Shown here: in pieces, positions 52,095 to 64,000 of the stretch | Numbering within the stretch: position 1 is the stretch's first letter | Layout: each line of letters begins with the position of its first letter | Assembly: GCF_964194155.1 (NCBI RefSeq) | Contig: NC_135902.1 | Location: 32,860,001-32,924,000 of the forward strand | Length of the DNA stretch: 64,000 nt | Reading direction: 5' to 3' | DNA from: Cetorhinus maximus | Taxonomy: Eukaryota | The notes under the pieces: generated by a model | Told to the model about the DNA's origin: nothing | The model's database searches: none | The model's input: the letters and a program-made list of their open reading frames with translations, nothing else | Position numbers and translations under genes: made by a program

Positions 52095-53261
52095 TTCTAA
52101 CGGCAGCTCTTTGAGGACAAGCTACACCGAACTACCTCGAAACGCGTTGCTAACAACAAATTGTGGATCAGCCTGAGTTGAAATCTGTTATGAGTTGCGG
52201 GGTTTGGGCTGATTTTAATGGCTTGAAATTTAGTGCTGTGGTGCTCTTTATAAAATTGCCAAGGACGAACAAAGAAACAACGTGAAGGAAAGTGAAAGAA
52301 GTTTATTTTTTCTTTAAAAGAAATAGTCTGTGTTTTGTTTTTGCAAATAGCATTTCCTGGAAATGCAGTGGGAATTTGAGGCTACATCTTATAGCATTTT
52401 GCACTGGTTGGTTTTGGGTCGTGGTTTAGCAGCAGGCGCTATCTGTACCCTAGTTTTAAGCTTTGCAACTTTCTGCTGTTGCGCAGTGTACTGACCTGAA
52501 CTCTACAAATGCCCCCAATGTGTATACAGCGAGGTTACAATCCCAGTAGATCAAAGTGCTGACCATCACTCGTTTCTTTGCTGTTATTTACGCCCTGAAC
52601 AAAGAAATTAAGTAAAAATGTGAATTTGGAGAGATGCATATTTAGGGTTGGAACACTCCAGATTGTCCTGGAATCTGCAGAAATTAGGACTCATCTCCAG
52701 GACACTGCTGTCAGCAACCAAATGATAGGAGCAATACAAACATTGTTTTTGTGTATTGTTGTTTCTGAGTTTTAAAAGTGTTGACGTAAACAAATAAGGC
52801 TTTGGACTGATGGCGAAGAATCGGCCAATCGTGTAATGAAAAAACTTTTCTCTTTCTGATTGGCATAGGATAGAGATTTGGGATGGTCGGTGTTTGGGGG
52901 CCAGAGTGGGTGAAGGCAAGAGGCCATGTGAATGAAACCTCCAGATATATGTTAAGAGTTGTATGTTGCAAATTTGTGAAATCCCCTTAGTCTGGTGTCT
53001 ATGTAGATAATTATTCTGCATTCAGTTGTTTTATTTTCCCAGTAGTTAAATCATCAATTTAACTACAAGTACATAGTTACCCCTTGAAGAAAGGATAAAC
53101 ATTTTGCAGGACATAGAGTTTGTTTTGTGAATATGGTAACGTATTGGTTATGGTACTGGGCTAGGCATCCTGAGGTTATAAATTCACAATAAGGGGCAGA
53201 TAGTGACATAGTGGTATTGTCACTGGACTGGTAACCCAGAGGCCCAGGCTGTAGGTTGTAG

Positions 53262-54918
53262 GAACTCACTCAACCGTTTGGCCAATTCATGTTATGCAGA
53301 ACCGGTCATAGATAACCAGTTTTGAACAAATTTTTCACATACACGGTGAAGGATTCCTTCACATTTGCAAAGACCATACAGGACTTGCATATTGATAGCA
53401 TTGCCGTGCCCATGTGCTCATTTGACATTGCTAGCATATTCACCATGTACTGCTCAAAGAAGCCATAGACATTTGCACTGCAGTACTATATCATGGCGAT
53501 CTGGACCCACTGCCATTGTTTGAAGCGGTATTCATTGAATTTATGAACTCAGCAACTCGCGCAGTTGAGCTCAGTTTTAACGATGCCGTGTACGCCCAAA
53601 TAGATGGGATCCCCTCTAGTCCCAGCTCTCACAAGCATCTTTGTGGGGTTCCACGAGAAATGCATTTCAATGGAATGACACCTAACCTCTTACCCCTTGC
53701 ATATTTCCGATATGTAGACGATACGTTTGCTATATTTGAGTCCACAGCTGCATGCATAAATTTCCTTACCCACCTTAATGGGCTCCATCTTGTGCTTAAA
53801 TTAAGGAAAGCTCCCTTTCCTTAACGTGCTAGTTGAGATATCTGCCAGGGGGTTCTCTATACCGTCTAACACAAACCTACCTTCACTGGTCAATATATGT
53901 GTTGGGATTCCCACAGTTCCACGTGCTACAAGATTGGCCTAATCAGCAACTTCGTAAATTGGGCCGGAGCCATTTGCTCACCATGCAGGTTTGATGCTGA
54001 AATGGGGCACATCAAATGCGAGATAATGGCTACCCTGATAAGATCATTTTGCACTGTATATCAAGCAAGTTCATGAACGGGCCTAAGGCCGCCACTTTCT
54101 GTCCTGAAAAGTGCCCAGCCTACCTCCGATTACCCTGAAAGGGAAAGGTATCTCAAAAAATTAAGCAACAGGTGAAGCTAGCTGTTTCACGCTGCTACTA
54201 TGCGGTAGCAATATAAGTGGCGTTTGCCACTAACGGGATGCTGCCATCAAGCCAAAAAGACAATCACACAAATGAGTAATGTTTTGTGTGAATTTCAGTG
54301 CTGGCGTGATGCTATGTATGTAAGCCATACGTCCTAAAGACTGTCTGATCATATCAAGCTTTCAGCTGTTCGCAACAGGCAAGGTACTGACCATACCCAA
54401 CCACCCGTGCTTGCAAAACTCAAAACAGTGTCCAACATTAGATGTGATTTTGCAATTGGACAACATTTGCTAAACAACCCTGAGTGTGCTAAGAATTACA
54501 CTGACAACCAATGCAAGGTTATCAGACAGGCTCGCAGTGTGGCTCACTTATCCGTGCTAGAAGCTACATACAAGGGCTCTGTCCTTTGCAGACAGAAAGA
54601 ACATGTACACACGTTGTGCCTTCTTCAACTAAACAAAATAGATGACAGCCATTCTCTGGTTCATCCCCCAGGGCAATGCCTTGACCAATCAGAATCAACC
54701 TGCCTGCTTTGAATCTAAACACATCTTGGCAGTTAACTGTCAATCATCAGTTAACTGGTGCATTCGCTATAAGAACGGCTCTACCAATCAAAGACCACTT
54801 GCCAACCAATCTGCACTCTCTTATGTAGTATAAATTGTTCTGTTTACATTTGGTACTCTTGTGAATTGTCCTGATGAGTGCTAGACAAAAAACTTTGACA
54901 ACGTGTGTCTTTTTCAGG
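53262..54918 (+). mobile_element. Penelope-like element (second family): RT + GIY-YIG remnants and hammerhead-like motif
   Basis: SFDIASIFT, YAQIDG, YFRYVDDTFAIF, EFQC..DA.YV, AIGQHLLNNPECA, LSVLEA; CTGATGA at 54871. Confidence 0.9.
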
Positions 54919-55072
54919 AGTAAAGAAAAAAGAAATCCCATCACAATTGTGCTCTGGCCCACGTTATTGTAATCAAATCTTAATGCCATTAAGGTAATAA
55001 ATACTGTATCACCAATCCTACCCGTATCAAAAAATATTTTTAAATTTCTAATTCCCAATACTGTGTTCTTAG

Positions 55073-55152
55073 GTAAAGTAGCTGTTGATCTTGACACATT
55101 CCTTCAGAATCAAGGCCAGCCATCACTATTTCAGCACTTTTTTGACAGTTCC
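55073..55152 (+). CDS. Candidate internal exon of an unidentified divergent gene (KVAVDLDTFLQNQGQPSLFQHFFDSS)
   Basis: gttcttag acceptor, GTAAGT donor, open frame, unique sequence between TEs; no homolog recognised. Confidence 0.4.
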
Positions 55153-55251
55153 GTAAGTTTGGGCAGATTTTAGGTGTGAGATTTTTAGTCTTCAGCTGCA
55201 AAACTGAACCATTGATTTGCATATTTGGTTTGCTAATTTTAAAGAGAGAAA

Positions 55252-55486
55252 GAATGAATTTGCATTGATATAGTGCCTTTCATGCCCTCGGATATCCCAA
55301 ACAGTTCACAGGAAATCAAGTAGTTTTAAAAAGTAGTAAATACAGTAATACAGGTAAGTGCTGCAGCAATGTGCACATAAGTTCCCACTAACAGTAATGA
55401 GATAAAAGAACTGATAACTTGGTGTTAGTAGAGATAAATACTGACCAGGACATGAGGAGAACTCCCCTGCTGCCCCTCAGTGGTTC
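55252..55486 (-). mobile_element. SINE 3' half, interrupted by a LINE
   Basis: Shared tail and gagaactcccctgct core. Confidence 0.65.
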
Positions 55487-58342
55487 TTTTTTTATTCTTT
55501 CACAGGATGTGGGCATCACTGGCTAGGCCAGCATTTGTTGCCCATCTCTAATTGCCCTTAAGATGGTGGTGAGCCACCTTCTTGAACCTCAGCAGTCCAT
55601 GTGGTGTAGGTACACCCACAGCACTGTTAGTAAGAAAGTTCCAGAATTTTTACCCAGCAACAGTGAAGGAACAGCGATATAATTCCAAGTCAGGATGGTG
55701 TGTGGCTTGGAGGGGAGCTTGCAGGTTGTGATGTTCCCATGCATCTGCTGTCATTGTCCTTCTAGGTGGTAGAGGCAACGGGTTTGGAAGGTGCTGTCGA
55801 AGGAGTCTTGGTGAGTTGCTGCAGTGCATCTTGCAGATAGTACACACTGCTGCCACTGTGTGTCGATGGTGGAGGGAGTGAATGTTTAAAATGGTGGATG
55901 GGGTGCCAATTAAGCGGGCTGCTTTATCCTGGATGGTGTCGAGCTTCTGGAGTGTTGTTGGAGTTGCAATCATCCAGGCAAGTGGAGAGTATTTCATGCC
56001 TTGCAGATGATGGACAGGTTTTCGGGAGTCGGGAGGTGAGTTACTTCCACAGAATTCTCAGCCTCTGACCTGCTCTTGTAACCAAAGTATTTATATGGCT
56101 GGTCCAGTTAACTTTCTGGCCAATGGTAACCCCCAGGATGTTGAAAATGGGGATTCGGCAGTGGTAATGCCATTAAATGTCAAGTGGAGATGGTTAGATT
56201 CCCTCTTGCTGGAGATGGCCGTTGCCTGGCACTTGTGTGGCACGAATGTTAAATGCCACTTATTAGCCCAAGCCTGGATGTTGTCCAGGTTTTGCAGCAC
56301 AGGCACACAAATTGCTTCAGTATCTGAGGAGTCGTGAATGGTGCTGAACATTGTGCAATCATCAGTGAACATCCCTACCTCTGACCTTATGATGGAGGGA
56401 AGGTCATTGATGAAGCAGCTGAAGATGGTTGGGCCTAGGACACTATCCTGAGGAACTCCGGCAGTGATTTCTTGGGACTGAGATGACTGACCTGCAACAA
56501 CCATAACCATTTACCTTTGTGCTAGGTATGACTCCAACCAGCAGAGAGTTTTCCCCCGATTGCCATTTGACTTCAGCTTTGCTGGAGCTCCTTGATGTCA
56601 CACTCGGTCAAACGCTGTCTTGATGTTAAGGGTAATCACACTCATCTCACCTCTTGAGTTCAGCTCTTTTGTCCATGCTTGGACCAAGGCTGTGATGAGG
56701 TCAGGGACTGAGTGGCCCTGGCAGAACCCAAACTGAGCATCTATGAGTAGGTTATTGCTGAGTAAGTATCTCTTGATCATCAGTAAATTGATGGAAGGTG
56801 TTATCAAGTGTAGACTGGTGGGGCGGTAATTGGCCGGGTTGGATTAGTCCTGCTTCTTATGGACAGGACATAGCTGGGCAATTTTCCACATAGCCAGGTA
56901 GATGCCAGTGCTGTACCTGTACTGGAACAGCTTGGTTAGGGGTGCGGCAATTCCTGGAACACAGGTCTTCAGTACAATTACCGGAATATTGTCAGGGCAC
57001 ATAGCCTTTGCAGTATCCATTACCTTCAGCTGTTTCTTGATATCACGTGGAGTGAATCAAATTGGCTGAAGACTGGCATCTGTGATGCTGGGGACCTCCA
57101 GAGGAGCCAAGATGGATCATCCACTCGGCAATTCTGGCTGAAGATTGTTACAAATGTTTCAGCCTTATCTTTTGCACTGATGTGCTGGGTTCCCCCATGA
57201 TTGAGGATGGGGATGTTTGTGGAGCCTTCTCCTCCGGTCAGTTGTCTAATTGTCCATTATCATTCACGACTGGATATGGCAGGACTGCAAAACTTTGAGA
57301 TATGATCCGTTGACTGTTTGCTTAGCTTTGTCTGTCAAATGCTGCTTATGCTGTTCGGCATGCAAGTAGTCCTGTATTTAGCTTCACCAGGTTGACACCT
57401 CATTTTTAGGTATGCCTGGTATTGCTCCTGGCATGCCCTCCTGCACTCTTCATTGAACCAGGGTTGATCCCCTGGCTTGATGGTAATGGTCGAGTGCGGG
57501 ATATGCTGGGCCATGAGGTTACAGATTGACGTTGAGTACAATTCTGCTGCTGCTGATGGCCCACAGTGCCTCATGGTTGCCCAGTCTTGAGTTGCTAGAT
57601 CTGTTCAAAGTCCACCCCATTTAGCACAGTGGTGGTGCCACACAACAGGATGGAGGGTATCCTCAAAGTGAAGACGGGACTTTGTCTCCACAAAGACTGT
57701 GCGGCGGTCACTCCTACCAATACTATCATCGATGAATGTATATGCGGCAGGCAGGTTGGTGAGTATGTGTTTCCCTCTTGTTGGTTCCCTCACCACCTGC
57801 CGCAGACCCAGCCTAGCAGCTAGGACTCAGCTAACTCAGTCAGTAGTGGTGCTACCGAGCCTCTCTTTGTGATGCACGTTGAAGCCCCCCACTCAGAGTA
57901 CATTTTGTGCCCTTGCCCCCCTCAGGTGCTTCCTCCAAGTGGTGTTCAACATGGAAGAGCACTGATTCATCAGCTGTGGGGAGGAGGGGGCAGGAGTGTA
58001 CATGGTAATCAGCAGGAAGTTTCCTTGCTCATGTTTGACCTGATGCCATGAGACTTCATGGGGTCTGGAGTCGATGTTGAGGACTCCTAGGGCAACCCCC
58101 TCCCAACTATATACCACTGTGCTGCCATCTCTGCTGGGTCTGTCCTGCCGGTGGGACAGGGATGGTGATGGGGGTGTCTGGGACATGATCTGTAAGGTAT
58201 GATTCCGTGAGTATGACTATGTCAAGTTGTTGCTTGACTAGTCTGTGCAACAACTCTCTCAATTTTGTCACAAGCCCCCAGATGTTAGTAAGGAGGACTT
58301 TGCAGGGTCAACAGGGCTGGCTTTGCAATTGTCATTTCCAGC
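55487..58342 (-). mobile_element. CR1/L2-group LINE, near complete ORF2 (APE + RT), frameshifted
   Basis: RQDRPSRDG.TVVY, PWFNEEC, AQFGFCQG, AFDRV, GVPQDSVLGP, FTDDCT, IQDKAARLIG. Confidence 0.93.
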
Positions 58343-58344
58343 CT

Positions 58345-59360
58345 AGCTCAATGTGTACATGTGCGTGTGCGCGTGTGTAAATGATTTAATTAAGCTGGGG
58401 GAAGGTTACCAGAAGACAGATTGTCTGGGAGGTTTAAAACATGAAAGGATAGAGGCATTCGTTTATGCATTTTTAGTAAGATATTATGAGCGGTTAGAGG
58501 TACAAGTGAACAGGTTGGATCTAACATTTGCATTTTTAGTTAAGTTGAGAGTTCGTCTGAATATGAAGGGAAGTCAGGGGTAACAAGAAACATGTCTGCA
58601 TCTTACAGGACTTCCATAGGTAAATAAAAGAGGGTATATTATATTTTATTGACCCAAAAGCAGAGACAAAATAGAAACATGAAAGATTTTATATTTGGAA
58701 AGATTTGAGTTTCAAAGACGTTTGAGAACAATGGAACCTGAGATGACAGGGGAGAAAGGGTATTCTAGAGTTACTGCGGAAAGCTTAAGATAGATAGAGC
58801 TGGTAGCGGTTAGCTGTAGCTTTGGGCTATTAGCTCAGTGAGGAAGATCTCATGAAAACAACTCCAGGCTGAGGGGAGATGCAGCTTGAATCAGCCATCC
58901 AGTCAAGCCAGAAAAGGCCTGGGCTGCAAAAAACAGTCCTGTTCTAGAGTCTTGGATTTCCACAGCAGAGTGGGAGAGAGTTTAAGTATGCATGTGGTAT
59001 GCCTTTATTAAAGCTACAGCAGTTTGCCTTGGGTAATATTACTGTATTTTTATAGTTAAACATCTATAAGGGAGTGTTGCCTATTCACTTGTGGGTCTGA
59101 CCAAGTAGGGAGCTTTTTGGGGGAAGATTTTGTAAGATTAACTTAAACTGTGCAACTGTAATCTTGTTTTATTTTATTCTTGTAATAAAACTTTTACTTT
59201 TAATTTTTAAAATCCCGAAAGTGTTACTGGACTTCTTGCTGCTGAGATCAGTATGTTTTCTTCTTGCTTTCAGAATACAAAAAAGGGGTATGGCCCGTAA
59301 GCCAAGTTTCCGTCTGGGATTTGGTTTGTGCAGCAATTAACATCTGCTGTGGTCATAACA
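58345..59360 (+). mobile_element. Probable LTR remnant
   Basis: AATAAA about 59184, ends GTCATAACA; left end cut by the LINE. Confidence 0.45.
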
Positions 59361-59962
59361 CTTTATACTCAAATTGTCTGTGTTAGTTACCTTTGGCAAA
59401 TCATGTTTGTTTTCACCAAGCAATGTACTGATTTTCAACACATTGTGTTGACCACTTCTATAGTAATGTATATAAAACTATATAATTATCTGTACATACA
59501 ATGAGGTGCCCTTATTATATCCCATCGGGAATGTCAAACTGTAATTGCTAGAAACACAACGAGTCAGTCAGTTTCTGTAGAGAGGACAGACAAGCCAATG
59601 TTTGAGGTGCAGAGTTCTGGTGCCTTGTAATGGGATTTACAGTGTCATAATAGCCTCATCGAAACTTTACTGTACCACATTCACTTTGATGTGCAATAGT
59701 GAAGATAATGTTTTTTACTTCCTTCAATTTAACATCAGAATTATATGTCATAGCCAGATACAACCTTGATAACTTAATGTCTTTGTTTAAAGTTCAATTC
59801 CAGAAAGCCAATTTCCTTATAATTTATCCTTGTACTTTGTAGTGATAATTTATTGATTTTTGCCACCAGTCTACAAGTCTCTTTCGCAATCTGACCATTG
59901 GATTCTTTTATAATGTAACAGATTTACATTGTGATGCAGTGATCTATATCTATTATAAATAG

Positions 59963-60076
59963 AGTACAAGAAGAATTGTTTCATTTGAAAAATTGGCAAG
60001 ATTCCAAACTCAATACAAAGTGCTCGGGTTTAAGTCTTATTTGTTCAATGCAATGAAAAACGGTCATTTTATAAAT
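59963..60076 (+). CDS. Candidate internal exon of the same unidentified gene (STRRIVSFEKLARFQTQYKVLGFKSYLFNAMKNGHFIN)
   Basis: Weak ataaatag acceptor, GTAAGT donor, 114 nt open, phase 0 compatible with 55073-55152. Confidence 0.3.
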
Positions 60077-60309
60077 GTAAGTTTTAAATATGGCTCTTGC
60101 CATGTGCAAGTCAGATTTCATGGGGGAAAGATTCATGCACATGGTACCACTTTAATTGGCGCAATGCAGACTTGCATCAATTCCCCAAGGGCAGATAGTG
60201 CCATGGGCCACTAATTGCTCAGCCTATCTGAGTTTCCTCATTGATATCATTGAAGAACGCTGCTTGGGCCACATATGTAACAGCCAGTGGCACTCTGTTC
60301 CCAGGGAAT

Positions 60310-60950
60310 CATACGAACATAAGAAATTGAAGATTATATAATAGACCATTCGGCCTCTGCAGTCTGCTTAACCATTTAATATGTTCAAGGTTGATCTTCT
60401 ACCTCAATCCTACTTTCCTAGCTGCTCCCCATATCCCTTGATTCCTTGAGAGATCAAAAATTCATGAATCTCAGTCTCAATATACTCAGCGATCAAGCAT
60501 CCACAACTCTCTGGGGTAGACAATTCCAAAGTTTCATAACCCTCTGGGTGAAGAAATTTCTCCTCATCTCAGCACTAAATGATCAACCTCTTACCCCAAG
60601 ACTCTAGTGTTCTAGGTTTCCCAGCCGGGGGAAACAACCACTCAGTGTCTACCCTATCAAGCCCCTTCAGAAACTTGTATTTTTCAATGAGATCACCTCT
60701 CATTCTTCTAAACCACAGCCAGTATAGGCCAAATTTATTCAGTCTCTCATCATAGGGCAACCCATTTATCCCTGAAGCCAATTCAATCCAAGAATCTTTG
60801 TTGTACCACCTTTAAGGCAAGTATATCCTTCCTTAGATGTGGTTTCACCAAAGCCCTAAACAATTGTAACAAGGTTTCCTTATTCTTGTACTTCTATCCC
60901 AAGCAATGAAGATCAGAAAGCCAGTTGCCTCCTTAATTGCTTGTGGTACT
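60310..60950 (-). mobile_element. CR1 3' fragment
   Basis: GLPYDERL..RRMRGDLIE.YK.LKGLDRV. Confidence 0.85.
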
Positions 60951-60954
60951 TATT

Positions 60955-63660
60955 ATTGTATCATAAAATGATTGCAACATAGGAGGAGGCCATTCAGCCT
61001 GTCATATCCATGATGGCTCTCTACAAGAGCAACGTCGCTAGTCCCAATCCCCTGCCTTTTCCCTATATTTCTGCAAATGTTTCCTCTGCTGATAATTATC
61101 CGATTCCCTTTTTGAAACTACGATTGAACCTGCCTCCACCACATTCTCAGCAACTTCATTCCAGATTCTAACCACTCGCTGTGTAATCAAGGTTTTCCTC
61201 ATCTCATCTCTGGTTCTTTTTGCTAATCACCTTAAATCGGTGCCCTCTGTTTCTCAGTCCTTCTGCCAATGGGAACAGTTTCTCGCTATCTACTCGGTCT
61301 AAAACCCTCACGATTTTTGAACACATCTTATCAAATGTCCTCTCAACCTCCCCTTCTCCAACAAGCAAAACCCCAGCTTCACCAATCTATTCACATAACT
61401 GAAGTATCTCATTCCTGGAACCATTCTGGTAAATCTTTTCTGCACCCTCTCTGATGGCTTCACATTCTTCCTAAAGTGTGGTACCCAGAATAAGACAGAA
61501 TGCTCCAGTTAAGGCTAAGCCAGAGTTTTAGAAAGATTCACCATAACATCCTTGCTTTTGTACTCCATACTTTTACTTATAAAGCCCAGTACCCTGTTAT
61601 GCCTTATTAGCTGCTTTGTCTATCTGTCTGGCATTTTCAACGATTTGCGCACATATACCCCCAGGTCCCTGTGCTCCTGCACCCCTATTAAAAGTGTACC
61701 TTTTATTTTCTAATCCCCTCCGTGTTTTCCTACCAAAATGAATCAATTCACACTTCTCTGCATTAATATTCATCTGCCACATGTCCGTCCATTCCACCAA
61801 CTAGTCTATATCTTTTTGAAGGTGAGAAGAGAAAACTATAGAGGAGATGTGTGGGGCAAGTTTTTTACGCAGAAAGTAGTGAGTGTCTGGAATTCACTGC
61901 CAGAGGAGGTGGTGGAAGCAGGTACGAGAGTGGTGTTTAATAGGCAGCTTGACAAATACATGAATAGGATGGGAATAGAGGGATATGGACCCTGGAAGTG
62001 CAAAATGTTTTAGTTGACGGGCAATATGATCGGCGCAGGCTTGGAGGGCCGAAGGGCCTGTTCCTGTGTTGTACTTTTCTTTGTTCTTTAACACTATCCT
62101 CGCAGTTCACATTATTTCCAAGTTTTGTGTTATCTGCAAATTTTGAAATTGTGACCTGAACACCCAATATATATTAATTATATCATTAATATATATCAAG
62201 AAAAGCATTGGTCCCAATCCCGATCCCTGGGAAATCCTCCTATGTACCTTCCTCCGGTCCATTCACAAAAACAGCCATTTACCATTGCTCTCTGTTTCCA
62301 TCAGTCAACCAACTTCATTTCCTTGCTGTTGCTGTGTCCTTTTTATTCCATGAGCTTCAACTTTGCTGACAATATGTAGCACTTTATCACACACCTTTTG
62401 GAAGTCCATATACACTGCATCAACCACATTACCCTCATCAACCCTCTCTGTTACCTTATCTAAAAAACTCAATCAAATGAGTTAAACATGATTGGCCTTT
62501 AACAATCTGTGCAAGCTTTCCATAATCAGTCCGCATGTGTCTAAACAATCGTTAATTCTGTCCCAGATTATTATTTCAAAAGCTCCCCCACCACTGAGGT
62601 TAACCTGAATGGCCTGCAATTGCTGGGTTTATCCTTACACATTTTTTTGAACGAGCAATTTTCCAGTCCTCTGGCAGCACCCCTGTGTCTGAGGAGAATT
62701 GGAAAATTGCAGCCAGTGCCTCTCTAATTTCCACCCTTACACACCTCAGTATCCTCAGATGAATCTGACCGAGTCCTGGTGACTTATCAACTTTAAGTAC
62801 AGTCAGCCTTTCTAATACCTCTTTTTTGTAAGTTTTAGTCAATCCAGTGTCTCAACTATCTCTTTCATTATAACTTTGCAGCATTCTTCTTCCTTGATAA
62901 AGGCAGGTGCAAAGTATTGAGTTAATACCTCAGCCATGCCTGCAGCATGTGTAAATCCCCTGCTCGGTCCCTTATTGGCCCCACTCCTCTATTTATCACC
63001 CTTTTACTAATTACATGACTATAGAAGACTTTAAGATTCCCTTTTATGTTGGCTGCCAGTCTCTTCTCATACTCTCTCTTCGCTGCTCATATTTCTTCCT
63101 TCACTTCCCTTCTGAACTTTTCATATTCAGCCTGTTTCTCAATTATATTATCAACCCGACATCCACACTACACACCCTTTTTCTGCTTCATCTTACTCTC
63201 TAGCTCTTTCATCATTCAGGGAGCTCTGGGTTGGTTTGTCCTATCTTTTCCCCTTTGTGGGAATGCACTTGACTGTACCCAAACTATCTCTTCTTTAAAG
63301 GCAGGCCAATGTTCAATTACAGTTTTTCCTGCCAATCTTTGATCACAATTTATCTGGGTCAGTGCCATTCTCACCCCATTGAAATTGGTCCCTCCTCCAG
63401 TTAATTATTTTTTACCCTGGATTGCTCTTTGTCCTTTTCTATAGCTAACCTAAATCTTATGATACTGTGATCACTTTTCCCTAAATTTTCTCGCCCCACT
63501 TCTCCTATCTCATGCCCCAGAAGCAGGTCCAGCAATGCCTCCTCCTTCATCGGGCTGAAACATACCACTGTAGAAAATTCCCCTGAACAGACTTCCCATT
63601 CTCTGCCCTGTACACTATTATGATCCCAGTCTACATTAGGTTAGTAAAAGGTCTCCAGTA
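60955..63660 (-). mobile_element. Old CR1 LINE ORF2 remnant with a younger plus-strand CR1 tail nested at about 61817-62090
   Basis: SKFADNTKL, LKVDKSPG, LPEDWKIA on minus; FFTQKVVSVWNSLPEEVVEA on plus. Confidence 0.88.
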
Positions 63661-63666
63661 TAACTC

Positions 63667-63905
63667 TGTTATCATCGTTGTGGGTCTTAGATGAGGTTGT
63701 CCTTGGTCAGGATTGATAAAGACTGCTCGAGGCAAAGCTATCGCTAAACTTTACCTTTTATTGAACATTGTACTATGTTCAGTACCAGCTTAGCATGAGA
63801 TTCTAATGGAATTCTATCTCAGCATACTCTGCTGTCATGTGATCTTACACTATTGATGATGTAAACTGTCTATTTACATGTTTAACGTTAACCCTTTACG
63901 CAACA
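63667..63905 (-). mobile_element. Possible solo LTR
   Basis: TGTT...AACA termini and a minus-strand AATAAA; TSD imperfect. Confidence 0.35.
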
Positions 63906-64000
63906 ATAACCGCTCAATATTTTTTGCACCTCACTCTAATTAACTTGCAAATTTGTTGCTGTATATCTTTCTGATTAGTTTGGTGGCTAATAGAATATAC

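Noticed and set aside
1-64000. Prokaryotic systems (CRISPR, retrons, defence operons)
   Set aside because: Spliceosomal introns and vertebrate TEs throughout; every RT fragment is of LINE or Penelope type

Overview
Eukaryotic, repeat-rich vertebrate genomic DNA; the repeat families (CR1, L2, Penelope, tRNA/L2-tail SINEs, Harbinger) suggest a cartilaginous fish (inference). The backbone is ENGASE (cytosolic endo-beta-N-acetylglucosaminidase, GH85) on the minus strand: I traced 12 coding exons from 52069 down to 4160, all GT-AG and phase-consistent (1637 nt, about 545 codons); the last exons lie left of the window. Introns and the upstream region are filled with decayed transposons: a complete but mutated 4.1 kb two-gene PIF/Harbinger element, a GalEa-like Copia fragment whose LTR appears to contain a tRNA-Val copy, a Gypsy integrase remnant, several CR1/L2 LINEs, Penelope-like elements with hammerhead-ribozyme remnants, and three young fold-back Penelope-derived inserts with 13-14 bp target-site duplications. 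Two candidate plus-strand exons suggest an unidentified divergent gene. Most short ORFs in the supplied track are noise or TE fragments. I cannot show that anything here is new to science; the fold-back inserts, the tRNA-in-LTR and the ENGASE overlapping uORF are the best leads. TE boundaries without a stated TSD/TIR are approximate.
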